40,451 nt of DNA. Source: Abditibacteriaceae bacterium. Lineage in GTDB: Bacteria; Armatimonadota; Abditibacteriia; Abditibacteriales; Abditibacteriaceae. This document shows, in pieces, positions 1 to 9,911 of this stretch. Numbering within the stretch: the first letter of the stretch is position 1; every line of letters starts with the position of its first letter. The DNA lies in the NCBI GenBank assembly GCA_031425655.1, contig JANPJS010000119.1, forward strand, positions 1 to 40,451, written 5' to 3'. The translations under genes and the position numbers were made by a program. Below the pieces are notes generated by a model. It had not been told where the DNA came from and made no database searches. It saw only the letters and a program-made list of their open reading frames with translations.

Positions 1-129
1 CACATCGCTTTAAGCACATCGCTTTAAGCACATCGCTTTAAGCACATCGCTTTAAGCACATCGCTTTAAGCACATCGCTTTAAGCACATCGCTTTAAGCA
101 CATCGCTTTAAGCACATCGCTTTAAGCAC
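1..129. repeat. Perfect tandem repeat of 14-bp unit CACATCGCTTTAAG (9 copies + CAC; may extend beyond window edge)
   Basis: Read directly from sequence; no spacers; TAA on both strands and unit length not a multiple of 3, so non-coding. Confidence 0.97.
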
Positions 130-131
130 CA

Positions 132-161
132 AGCGGCGATCTCAACAAAGAGGTCGCCGCT
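132..161. terminator. Stem-loop, putative terminator
   Basis: AGCGGCGATCTC-aacaaa-GAGGTCGCCGCT, 12-bp stem with one G-U pair; weak U tract. Confidence 0.5.
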
Positions 162-422
162 CGTGCGTTCTGAGAGATAGTCTGAAAAGTCCCCTCCCCT
201 TGCCGTTTAAGAGTCTGTCTTCACGCTTTCAAGGAAAAGTGTTCCAGAGTAAGGCGAACGCTGATTACGGCAGAAATTCGGCAAAGATAGCAGAAAAATA
301 GAAAGAAAAGTGGGTGGAAACAGCGAAATCGTTGAGAGACGAACCGTCCTTCTCCCTCTGCATCGTCCTCATTTTTCCTAACGAACACAACGAATTTTTC
401 GCTGCGTGAAGACAGACTCTAA

Positions 423-530
423 GGCGGGTGCCCTCTGGGCAGGTGTTAGGGTGGGGTTCTGCGGCTTTTTAACCCTCCTGCCCAGAGGGCACCCGCCAAC
501 CCTTCCCCTTGATACGGCAAAGGGGAAGGG
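423..530. repeat. REP-like double hairpin
   Basis: 21-bp perfect inverted repeat 423-443/477-497 (GGCGGGTGCCCTCTGGGCAGG) plus 11-bp inverted repeat 500-510/520-530; a related arm recurs near 6883-6902. Confidence 0.7.
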
Positions 531-622
531 AGTCGCCCCCACTTTTCAGACTATCTCTGGGAAAAAATCAAGCAAAAACTGCCGCAGAATTGGTTATAAT
601 TTTGTCGGTTAAGGAGATTTCT

Positions 623-2017
623 ATGAAAAAACTGTTGTCCCGGACTCGCGCCTCTGGAGTGGCGCTTTTTCTGTTGCTGTCGGGCGTAGTCGCTCCGGCG
701 CACGCCAGCTTTCACTTGATGCAAATCGAGCAGGCCATTGGCGGCGTCAATGGCGATACCTCGGCGCAGGCCATCCAACTGCGACTGCGAGGTGCCGGGC
801 AAAGCATTGTCAGTCAAGCGCGGTTGGTGGCTTACGATGCCGCCGGTGCAAATCCGATTGTCCTCAAGGACTTCACGACCAATGTTTCCAACAACGCCGC
901 AGGAGCGCGCATTTTAATCGCCAGTGCAGGCTTCTCCAACTATACCAGCGCGCCCTTAACGCCTGATTTCACGCTGACCAACCTCATTCCCGCCAGCTAT
1001 CTCGCTGCCGGGCGCCTCACTTTCGAGAGCGATTCCGGCACGATTCTCTGGTCGCTGAGCTTTGGCGGCGCGGCTTATACCGGCGCGACCACCGGCGCGG
1101 TTACCAACGACGCCGACGGCAACTTTGGCCCCTCTTTCGCCGGGCCGCTGCCTTCTTCAGGACTGAGCGCGCTGCAATTTCAGGGCGCTGCAAACGCGCC
1201 AAGCACCAATAACGCCGCGAATTACGCTCTGACTTCGGGCGCCGCCACCTTCACCAACAACGCCGGAGGCAGCGCCACGCTCACGACTCCTGCCCCGCCG
1301 AGCTTGTCCGTCAATAATCCGCGCTCGCTTCCCGAAGGCAGCGCGGCTGCGTCCGGTTCGGTCACCTTTGATGTCGAACTGAGTGCCGCCAGCGCGCAAA
1401 GCGTGACGGTCAATTTTCAAACGGTTAACGGCATCAACAATCCGGCAACAGCGGGCGTGGATTACACCGCCAAAAGCGGCAAGCTCACGTTTTTGGCGGG
1501 CGAAGTTCTCAAGCGCGTCACGATCAACTTCATCGGCGACAGCACGGTTGAACTGAACGAAACCTTCTTTTTCGACCTGTTGACGCCGACCAACGCGACA
1601 ATTGCCGACAATCGCGGCGTGGGCCAAATCAACAACGACGATGGGCCGGGAATCACCGTCAGCAACGCCGTCACTCTTAACGAAGGCGATGGCGGCACCA
1701 AGGATCAGATTTTCGTGGTGACTTTAAGCGAAGCCTCGCCCAACACGGTAACGGTAGCTTGGATGACAGCCGATAAAACTGCCGGGCCAGCCGATTACGT
1801 CGCGGATTTCGGGACACTGACGTTCGCGCCGGGCCAGACCAGCCAAAACATCACGGTGCGCATCAATGGCGACACGACCGTCGAGCCGAACGAGACTTAC
1901 AAAGTAATTCTCAGCAAGCCGACTCTGGCCTTTGTGACCGATGCGCTGGGCATCGGCACCATTCGCAACGACGACGCAGCCGCCCTACTCTTCGAGGACG
2001 ACGAACCGAGCCGGTAA
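623..2017 (+). CDS. Secreted protein with two C-terminal Calx-beta domains
   Basis: AAGGAG RBS before ATG 623; signal peptide ending AHA; two repeats of EG...V.LS..S...VTV...T....A...DY....G.LTF..G......I.GD..VE.NET....L..P........G.I.NDD. Confidence 0.85.
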   Translation: MKKLLSRTRASGVALFLLLSGVVAPAHASFHLMQIEQAIGGVNGDTSAQAIQLRLRGAGQSIVSQARLVAYDAAGANPIVLKDFTTNVSNNAAGARILIASAGFSNYTSAPLTPDFTLTNLIPASYLAAGRLTFESDSGTILWSLSFGGAAYTGATTGAVTNDADGNFGPSFAGPLPSSGLSALQFQGAANAPSTNNAANYALTSGAATFTNNAGGSATLTTPAPPSLSVNNPRSLPEGSAAASGSVTFDVELSAASAQSVTVNFQTVNGINNPATAGVDYTAKSGKLTFLAGEVLKRVTINFIGDSTVELNETFFFDLLTPTNATIADNRGVGQINNDDGPGITVSNAVTLNEGDGGTKDQIFVVTLSEASPNTVTVAWMTADKTAGPADYVADFGTLTFAPGQTSQNITVRINGDTTVEPNETYKVILSKPTLAFVTDALGIGTIRNDDAAALLFEDDEPSR

Positions 2018-2030
2018 TTCCTCTTTCGAC

Positions 2031-2068
2031 ACGCCGGCCACCTGAAATAGCTTTCGGGTGGCCGGCGT
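2031..2068 (+). terminator. Rho-independent terminator-like hairpin
   Basis: ACGCCGGCCACCTGAAA-tagc-TTTCGGGTGGCCGGCGT followed by TGTTT, just after the stop codon. Confidence 0.7.
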
Positions 2069-2221
2069 TGTTTGGGAAACCAAATCGCCGCGCAATCCAA
2101 ATCGCAGCACACTCGGCTTTGCGTTTCTGCGACAAAACTTTGCTCGCCATTTGCTGCATCTTTGGGCCACTTGCTAATGCAGCTTCGTTCCTGCCGTTAC
2201 TTTTATTTTCTGGAGACAGTT

Positions 2222-3217
2222 GTGAGCCTTAATATCGGATTTATCGGCGTGGGCGGCGTAGCGCAGCCTCATTTACAGAATTTAAGCGCAATGGGCGAAA
2301 ACATCGCCGCTGTTTGTGACATCAACACCGCCCGCGCGAACGAAATCGGCGAAAAATACGGCGCGATGCCTTACACCGATTACCACCAAATGTTAGCCGA
2401 GCAAGAGCTGGATGCCTGCTACGTTTGCGTGATTCCCGGCGCGCACGGCACCATCGAACTCGATTTAGCCAAAGCGCGGATGCCGTTTTACGCCGAAAAG
2501 CCGGTTCACCTTGATCTCGACATTTGCGGCCAAGTCATTGACGAACTCAATGCCGGCGGCGTTATCAACAGCGTTGGCTATCACTGGCGCTACACGACGG
2601 CTTCGCGCGCCGCCAAAGAATTCGCCGCCACGCGCAAAATCAGCCACGTCGAGGGTTGGTGGTTCGGCGGAATGCCGGGCGCGCCATGGTGGCGCCAAAT
2701 GGCCGGTTCGGGCGGCCAATTAGTGGAGCAAAGCACGCATATCGTGGACATGGCGCGCTACATAGCCGGCGAAGTGCATACGGTGCAGGCCATCGGCGCG
2801 ACCGGCGCCATGACCGACGTGGAAAATTACGATATTCACGACACCTCGATTGTGCTTTTGCAGTTCGATTCGGGCGCCATTGGCAGCATCAGCAGTGGCT
2901 GCATCGCCGAAAAACATGGCGCCTCGAAAGTGGACATTACGTTTCGAGGCCGCAATTGGTCGGCTTGGACAAACGCCGGCGATGCGATTCTGCGCGGCTC
3001 CGAAGTCGAAGGAGGCGAGCAAAAAGTGCCCAGCAACCAGACTTGGGCCGAGCAATTGGGCAACGGCGACAAAGCCTTTGTGAACGCCGTCAAAACCGGC
3101 GATCAGAGCGGCATTCTCAGCCCTTATTCAAGCGGCGCGCAGACTTTAGCCATTACTTTAGCAGCGAACGAGGCGATGCAAAGCGGCGCAGCGGCGAAGG
3201 TGCGGCGATTTGTTTGA
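2222..3217 (+). CDS. Gfo/Idh/MocA family NAD(P)-dependent oxidoreductase
   Basis: GGAGA RBS then GTG 2222; GFIGVGGVA Rossmann motif, EKP motif, SGGQLVEQSTHIVD. Confidence 0.9.
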   Translation: MSLNIGFIGVGGVAQPHLQNLSAMGENIAAVCDINTARANEIGEKYGAMPYTDYHQMLAEQELDACYVCVIPGAHGTIELDLAKARMPFYAEKPVHLDLDICGQVIDELNAGGVINSVGYHWRYTTASRAAKEFAATRKISHVEGWWFGGMPGAPWWRQMAGSGGQLVEQSTHIVDMARYIAGEVHTVQAIGATGAMTDVENYDIHDTSIVLLQFDSGAIGSISSGCIAEKHGASKVDITFRGRNWSAWTNAGDAILRGSEVEGGEQKVPSNQTWAEQLGNGDKAFVNAVKTGDQSGILSPYSSGAQTLAITLAANEAMQSGAAAKVRRFV

Positions 3218-3264
3218 AATCGGGGCAGGGCGCGCCATTTGATGTCGCGGCGCCCGGTTAAAAA

Positions 3265-5487
3265 TTACTCGTGGCTCAGAGCGCGAGCGACTGTCGCAGC
3301 ATCATCGAAAGCGAAGCCGCGACCGCGCATCTCATCGGCTGTCAGCAACTGATCGCCGAGTCGCCAGCGTAGCAAATCCGCGGCGCCGGGCGAGGCGACG
3401 TAGTGGCCGTCGGAAGTCAGCGTTACGCTGCGCGTGTTAACGGCACCGGATTTATCGCGCCACGAGCGTAAACGCTCGATACGCACCGCGACTGTTTTTT
3501 TCGCTACGTCCCACACAATCACGCTGCCGCTTTCATCCCCCCGGCCAACAAACGGCCATCCGGCGAGATAATTATCTCATTGATTGACGAAGAGGAGCCG
3601 GTTAAAACGCCGCTTATCGCGCCGTCGGGGAGCGAAAATAGCGTCACGTCACCGCGTTCGGCGGCTAAAAAGCGGCCATTGGGTGAGAGTAGCAGGCTAC
3701 CGCAAAATTCCCCCTTGTCGCTGAGCGTGCGCTGCGGCTTCAATGTTTCAGCATCCCACTCGACGATTTTGCCTTCCGCATCTCCTGTCCAGAAATGGCG
3801 ACCATCGGCGGAAAAAGTTACAGAGCCAACCGTCGGGCCTTTCGCCAGCACAGCCAATGGCTTGCCGGTGACAAAATCCCACGCGCGGAAAACGCCATTC
3901 ACATAGTTGCCGCTACCGACCAGCAAAACACGATTATCCGGCGAAAGCGCCAAACTCATCACTGCATCGGCGGCTCCATCATGCTGATCTTCTTCATTCA
4001 GTTCCGTGGCCTGATCTAATACCAAATCCGGGGCTATATTTTCGGTAAACAGCCGCGCCGCATTCTTCCATACCAGAATCTCGCCGACGCTGCCTCCACA
4101 CAGGAGAGTGCTGCCATCGGCGCTAAAGCGCAGGCGCACGGTGCCCACCTCAAGCGGCACGTCACGCAAATGCTGGTGCGTTGCGCCATCCCACACGCGC
4201 AGTTGCATCGTAAAGCCTTCATCTTTTGACGAAGACGACACGAAAAAGCGGCCATCCGGCGACCACGCCACACTGTTGACGCCGGTTTGTTCCTCGCTTG
4301 GGGATTGGTGGGCGGGAAGCGCAACCTGCCAACGTCCGGTGCGCGCATCTATAAGCTCCACTTCGCCGTAGGTGCCGCTCCGATTACGCCGCCCATAGCC
4401 GACAGCCAGAGTGCCGCCGTCGGGAGACCAGGCTAAAGCTTCAGCCCACTGACGCAATCCGGGTTGATAACGCAGCAGGCGCCCGGTTTCGCCGTCATGC
4501 CACGCTACACCGCCGTCAAGATCGGCCCACACCCACAGCTTGCCGTCCGACGACAGCGCGACTGCCATCATGGTTACGTTATTGCGGTTCGCGCGACGCA
4601 CGGTTTTCCAGCCCGCGCCGTCACGTCGCGTAATCGAATTGAGGCCGAAATCTCTTGTAACTTGCCCTTTGTCATTGATTTCAAAGGCACCTACCGTTTG
4701 AAAGGGCCGTGTTTCATGGCTCAAAACTTTGCCCATGGAAGCATCGAAGCTGAAAACTTCGTAACCGCTACCCCCCGTCAAAACGCCACGCGCCGCCAAA
4801 ACCCGCCCATCCGACGACCAAGCCAATTTTATATCCCTCAATTCAGTGTTCAACTTACGCAATGGCCCGCCTTTGACGGCATCAATTAGAAGCACGCCAT
4901 CCGTTGCAATGGCGACGGTTTTCCCATCTGGCGAGACGACGACATCATTCCATAACTGCTGCTGCAATTTCGCCAACGTGCGGCGCGCACCATTGGCGAG
5001 GTTCCACGCCTGCACCTCGCCATTGATGAACTCATTGGGCACGCCATCGCTGGTGACAACGATCAATTCATCGCCTGAGGGCAGCCACTTCACCACCCGT
5101 GCAGCTCTGCCACTCTCCGTTGGAGATAAACGACAAACTACTCGTAACTTTCATGGAAGCCACATCCACGATACTCACACTGTCCTGTCGTGTTAAAGCC
5201 AATCGCGTGCTGTCGGGCGCCCAATCGCAATCCCGAATGGATGATAGCCCGTCTAGAATTCCCCACACAGTGCCCTCGCGCGTCAGGACCCGAAACTGCC
5301 CGTTCCCAATACCGCCACCCCTACCTAACGAGAGAAATCGTCCATCCGGCGACCATGCCAGAGTTATGTCACTCTCATCATCCATGTTCAACGAGAGTTG
5401 AGGCACAAGTTGCGGCGTTGTTTGGCCCATCGCCGTGCCACACCAAATCAAGGCGAAACACCAAAGCCATAAAATTCGTTTTGTCAT
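3265..5487 (-). pseudogene. Secreted WD40-repeat beta-propeller protein split by two frameshifts (pseudogene or sequencing indels)
   Basis: Signal peptide MTKRILWLWCFALIWCGTAMG from 5487; WSPDG...W[DN] repeats continue across three ORFs (5487-5068, 5096-3519, 3522-3265); adding one G to the G6 run at 3537-3542 restores LLAGGDESGSVIVWD. Confidence 0.8.
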
Positions 5488-5500
5488 CTGCCACCCAAAA

Positions 5501-6754
5501 CTACAAGCAGCGCCAGCCGATGTCGCGGCGAAAATGGGCGCCCTCGAAGCGGATTTTGGCGACGGCCTGATAGCATTCCTCGCGGGCCGCCGCGAAATCA
5601 TCGCCCAACGCCGTGACGCCCAAAACGCGCCCGCCATTGGAAACCACGCTTTCGCCGTCAGATTTAGTTCCGGCGTGAAAAACGAGAGCGCCGTCCTCAT
5701 GCGCCGCATCCAGACCGGAAATCGCGTCGCCTTTGCGATATTCGCCGGGATAGCCTTGCGAGGCCAAGACCACGCAGACGGCGGCTTGCGGCGTCCACTG
5801 ACAAGGCCAATCGGTCAGCTTGGTTTTGCCGACTCCGGCGCAGGCCAAAAGCAACGGCAGCAAATCGCTTTCAAGGCGAGGCAGAATAACCTGCGTTTCC
5901 GGATCACCAAAGCGGCAGTTGTATTCCAACACTTTCGGGCCGCTTTTAGTGAGCATCAACCCGGCGTAAAGCGCGCCGCGATATTCAAGGCCTTCGCTTC
6001 GCAGCGCCGCCAAAGTCGGCTGCAAAATCTCGCGCACAGCTTGCTCATAAAGCTCCAAAGTCAGCGCGGGAACCGGCGAATAGCAGCCCATGCCGCCGGT
6101 ATTCGGGCCGGTATCGCCTTCGTAAGCGCGCTTGTGATCCTGCGCCGGCACAAGGGGCAGCAAATTCTCGCCGTCGGTCAGCGCGATTAGCGAAACTTCT
6201 TCGCCTTCCAAGAACTCTTCAACCACGATTTTCGGCTCAACTACGTCGCTTTGCATGGCGAACAGCGTGTCAACGGCGGCTAAAGCCTCGGCGCGGTTTT
6301 GCGCGATGATGACACCTTTGCCCGCCGCCAATCCGTCGGCTTTGACGACGACGGGAAACTGCGTTTGCGCGCTCAAGTGGAATTTCGCGGGGTCAGCACT
6401 GGTAAACGTCTCGAAATCCGCCGTCGGAATCGCATATTTTTTCAATAACTGCTTGCAGAAATCTTTCGAGGCTTCGAGTTGCGCCGCCGCTTTATTCGGC
6501 CCGAAGGCGGGAATGCCCATGACGTTCAGACGATTAACCAAACCGGCGGCCAGCGGCACTTCCGGCCCGATGACCACGAAATCAGCGCCGATGCTACGCG
6601 CCACGCTAAACGGGTCGCCTTCCACGCACGTCGCAATTTGCGCGATGCCAGGATTGCCCGGCGTGGCATACAACTCGGAAACCAGCGGGCTTTGCGCGAG
6701 TTTCCACGCCAGAGCGTGTTCGCGCCCGCCGCCGCCAACAATAAGAACTTTCAT
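5501..6754 (-). CDS. purD: Phosphoribosylamine--glycine ligase
   Basis: MKVLIVGGGGREHALAWKL, VVKADGLAAGKGV, QDHKR..GDTGPNTGGMG, EYNCRFGDPETQ. Confidence 0.97.
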   Translation of the reverse strand: MKVLIVGGGGREHALAWKLAQSPLVSELYATPGNPGIAQIATCVEGDPFSVARSIGADFVVIGPEVPLAAGLVNRLNVMGIPAFGPNKAAAQLEASKDFCKQLLKKYAIPTADFETFTSADPAKFHLSAQTQFPVVVKADGLAAGKGVIIAQNRAEALAAVDTLFAMQSDVVEPKIVVEEFLEGEEVSLIALTDGENLLPLVPAQDHKRAYEGDTGPNTGGMGCYSPVPALTLELYEQAVREILQPTLAALRSEGLEYRGALYAGLMLTKSGPKVLEYNCRFGDPETQVILPRLESDLLPLLLACAGVGKTKLTDWPCQWTPQAAVCVVLASQGYPGEYRKGDAISGLDAAHEDGALVFHAGTKSDGESVVSNGGRVLGVTALGDDFAAAREECYQAVAKIRFEGAHFRRDIGWRCL

Positions 6755-6765
6755 GCTTTATATTT

Positions 6766-6902
6766 AACCGCAGAGGACGCTGAGGGCGCAGAGAAAAAGA
6801 CAAAAAAGTAGAGACATGAGATTTTTAATTCTCATGTCTCCACTCCATCCCTTCTGTCGTTCTTCTCTGCGTCCTCAGCGTCGGGTGCCCTCTCTGGGCA
6901 GG
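6766..6902. repeat. Intergenic nested inverted repeat (9-nt-unit CGCAGAG family) with REP-like arm
   Basis: GACGCTGAGGGCGCAGAGAA ... TTCTCTGCGTCCTCAGCGTC; inner AGACATGAGA/TCTCATGTCT; followed by GGGTGCCCTCTCTGGGCAGG. Confidence 0.7.
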
Positions 6903-6917
6903 ACGGTGAATCCGAAT

Positions 6918-9623
6918 TTAATCGTAGCTTGGATTTTGCGTGAGGTTGGTGAAGCGCGCGAAATCGGCTTGAAAGCCCAATCGCACGGTTCCCGTCGGGC
7001 CGTTGCGCTGCTTGCCGATGATGACTTCGGCGATGCCTTCGTCGGGGTCAATTTCGCCGGTTTGCGGCGCGTTGCCGTCTTTCTTGAAAATCTTGTTTTT
7101 GTAATAGCTGGGCCGATAAATGAAGGCGACAACGTCGGCTTCGGCTTCAATCGAGCCGGATTCGCGCAAGTCGGACAAAATCGGGCGCTTGTCTTCGCGC
7201 TGTTCAACGGCGCGCGATAACTGCGAAAGCGCGATCAGCGGCACTTTCAATTCGCGCGCCATGCTTTTAAAGGCGCGCGCGATTTCGCTGATTTCCTGCA
7301 CGCGATTTTCGTTTTTGCCGGCGAAGTGCGCGAGTTGCAAATAATCCACGACAATCAAACCGAGTTGCCCGTGTTCAGCCATCAATCGGCGCGCTTTGGC
7401 GCGCATTTCAAAAGTGCTGGCGCCCGGCGTGTCGTCAATAAAAATCGGCGCTTGATACAAATTGTTGACCGCGTTGGTCACGCGATGCCAATCGTTATCC
7501 TGCAAATAGCCGCGCCGCAAATCGCGCGAGTTAATCTGCGCTTCCGAACAGATTAAACGCTGCACAAGCTGCTCTTTCGACATTTCGAGCGAGAAAATCG
7601 CAACCGGCATCCGGTCGTGAACCGCGATGTGATGCGCGATGTTCATCACCAGCGCGGTGTTGTGAACGCACACATCCTGCGCGATAAAGTTGGCGCCGTC
7701 CGGCACCGTCAAGTCGTAAACCTGATGTTCGCCGAGCGATTCGACGGCGACAATCGGATCCCAGTAAATGTCGAGCGAAGCGGCGCGCAACAGGGCCGGG
7801 TCTTGCAGAATCTCGGCGTAGCGTTGCAAACGATGCGAAGGAATGCCGCGATTGGTGTGCGCGTTGTAGCCGCCATCCGTGACTTCGCCGGCCAATCGCG
7901 CCAGCTCGCTGAGGCTCAAACCACGCCGTTTGCAGGCGGCGCGCACTATTTCCCAAATTGCTTTGGGCGCGTGTCCGTTATTCGAGCCGCGCGCCGGCAA
8001 AGTGCGATTCTGCATCGCGCTATCGCGGCATCGCGCCGACTTTTCGCCAACCCAGCCGATTTCCGCCTGATAAAGCAGAACGGACGCCGGATCGGTGATT
8101 TCGACGCGCCAGCAGCGCGCTTTTTTGCGCCACAACTTCGCCACGATGCCAAAACGTGTCAGCGCGTGCTGCACGTCGCGCGCAAGTTGCTCGGAAGCGA
8201 CTGAGAACTCAATGCGCGGATAGTTTCCCCGTTGATAAATCGTGCCGTCGCAGGAAAACAGCACACGCATGAATTCAGCGAGATGCGGACGGCTCCACGT
8301 CCAAACGCAATCGGGAACGAACTTCGCGTCCGACTTTTTGCCCCATAAACCGAGTTCATTCAGCCAGCGCGCGACCGGATTGGTCGGCACGCCTTTGAAA
8401 CGCGCGGCACGCTTGCTGTTTTCCTGCGCGATGCGGTAAGTGATGCCGTCGCTGTCGAGTTTGGCGGCGCACGAGGGAAATTCTTGCGCCAGCGCCTCAT
8501 GGAAATCTTCGACTAAAACCGTATCGGTGTTGGTAAAACGCGGAGTGCTTTGCGAAAGTCCGCCTTCGGCAATCAAATAAGCCAGCAAACGCACACGTTC
8601 GTGCGAAATGTCAGCGCCGCCAAAAACCGGCACGCGGCGAGGAACAGCGATGGCATCGCCGAGTTTCAAATCGTGCAGAGGCACCCAGCCATTGACAGTT
8701 AAAAATGGATGATGGCCCGTGACATCAACTTGTCGCCCCAATCGCGTCGTGACGCGGAAAACCGGCTTGACACCACTGTCAATCCAATCGGAAATCTGCG
8801 CGGTTTGCACGCGGCCTGCGCGCGAGATATTCGGGACTTGCGCCATCCGACGGCGAATACATTCGGCAATCGTCAAGCGTTCGCCGGTTTGCGGATCGTC
8901 AATCAGCGACCAGTGCGCCAAGCATTTGCCCATCGAAGGCCGAGCCGCAATAATCACAAGGTCGGTCGGCTGCAAGCCGGAAGTAATGTCGTCGAGATCG
9001 TAATAGCCGGTGGAAATGCCGGTCGCTTCGCCTTTGTGCTGAAACTGGCGCTCGATCTGGTCATAGGCGGTCATCAAAATCGGCTTGATCGGCGAAAAGC
9101 CGTCTTTCATGCGCCGCGCGTTGATTTCAAAGATGCGCCTTTCCGATTTGTCCACCAGTTCGTTAACGTCGGCGGAATCGGTGTAAGCCCAGCCGGCGAT
9201 TTCTTCGGAAGCGCGCAAAAGCTGGCGCAGCACGCTTTTTTCGCTGACGACGCGCGCATAAGAATCAATGTTGGCCGAACTGGGGCAGGCTTCAATGAGC
9301 GCGGTTAGATAAGCGGCGCCGCCCACGTCTTCGAGCGAGCTGCGTTTGCGGAGTTCCTCGACTAAAGTGATAAGGTCAACCGGCTCGCCCCGGTCGAAAA
9401 GCGAAACCACGCAGTTGAAGATTTTGCGATGAATTTCGCGGTAAAAATCGTCGCCGGTCAGCAGTTCGACGCCGCGCGCGATGGCATCGCGCTCCATCAG
9501 CATAGCGCCTAAAGTAGATTGCTCCGCTTCGAGCGCCTGCGGCATGATCCGTTCGCGCGCGACCGGGCGATTAGTGCCGGCATCGCGCTGCGGAAAGGGG
9601 ATGATGGATGGATTGCCTGCCAT
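6918..9623 (-). CDS. dnaB: Replicative DNA helicase DnaB precursor containing an intein
   Basis: EAEQSTLGAML N-domain, ARPSMGK Walker A, FSLEMS, VVDYLQL, LSQLSR, DLRESGSIE, KQRNGPTG. Confidence 0.97.
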   Translation of the reverse strand: MAGNPSIIPFPQRDAGTNRPVARERIMPQALEAEQSTLGAMLMERDAIARGVELLTGDDFYREIHRKIFNCVVSLFDRGEPVDLITLVEELRKRSSLEDVGGAAYLTALIEACPSSANIDSYARVVSEKSVLRQLLRASEEIAGWAYTDSADVNELVDKSERRIFEINARRMKDGFSPIKPILMTAYDQIERQFQHKGEATGISTGYYDLDDITSGLQPTDLVIIAARPSMGKCLAHWSLIDDPQTGERLTIAECIRRRMAQVPNISRAGRVQTAQISDWIDSGVKPVFRVTTRLGRQVDVTGHHPFLTVNGWVPLHDLKLGDAIAVPRRVPVFGGADISHERVRLLAYLIAEGGLSQSTPRFTNTDTVLVEDFHEALAQEFPSCAAKLDSDGITYRIAQENSKRAARFKGVPTNPVARWLNELGLWGKKSDAKFVPDCVWTWSRPHLAEFMRVLFSCDGTIYQRGNYPRIEFSVASEQLARDVQHALTRFGIVAKLWRKKARCWRVEITDPASVLLYQAEIGWVGEKSARCRDSAMQNRTLPARGSNNGHAPKAIWEIVRAACKRRGLSLSELARLAGEVTDGGYNAHTNRGIPSHRLQRYAEILQDPALLRAASLDIYWDPIVAVESLGEHQVYDLTVPDGANFIAQDVCVHNTALVMNIAHHIAVHDRMPVAIFSLEMSKEQLVQRLICSEAQINSRDLRRGYLQDNDWHRVTNAVNNLYQAPIFIDDTPGASTFEMRAKARRLMAEHGQLGLIVVDYLQLAHFAGKNENRVQEISEIARAFKSMARELKVPLIALSQLSRAVEQREDKRPILSDLRESGSIEAEADVVAFIYRPSYYKNKIFKKDGNAPQTGEIDPDEGIAEVIIGKQRNGPTGTVRLGFQADFARFTNLTQNPSYD
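7659..8924 (-). mobile_element. 422-aa intein with LAGLIDADG homing endonuclease, inserted in the DnaB P-loop
   Basis: GK|CLAHWSL...VTGHHPFL (TxxH)...LLAYLIAEGG...FMRVLFSCDGT...VYDLTV...CVHN|T; removal restores ARPSMGKT. Confidence 0.95.
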
Positions 9624-9857
9624 ATTTCTGAGTGCGTTGATGCTGCGTTAAGTGCGTCGTTGCGTGCGGCGTTTCCGCAGCGGAAGAAATTTCGCGCGGG
9701 GCTATCCCAACATTTTAACCTGCCGGGCCGGGAGACAAAACAAGCGTCTCGCCTTTCGACGCCGTCCTTCTATTTTAACGGCCTGTTAAGAGCCAGCGCA
9801 CGACGAAGCCCGATGTTTTTTGCAAGCGCAGTCATTGACAATTCGCGGGTTGTCGGG

Positions 9858-9866
9858 TTTTCCACA
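9858..9866. promoter_or_regulatory. Single DnaA-box consensus match upstream of dnaB
   Basis: TTTTCCACA fits TTWTNCACA; ~235 bp upstream of the dnaB start; one copy could be chance. Confidence 0.3.
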
Positions 9867-9911
9867 GGGTTACCCCTGTCATTTTCAGGCCGTGAGGACA
9901 AATTAAGGCGC

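Noticed and set aside
1..129. CRISPR array
   Set aside because: Units are contiguous 14-mers with no spacers, and there are no cas genes in the window
5488..5709. N-terminal extension of ORF 5068..5709
   Set aside because: Lies inside purD in an alternate frame; the signal peptide begins at 5487
9624..9911. Replication origin near dnaB
   Set aside because: Only one DnaA-box match and no AT-rich unwinding element
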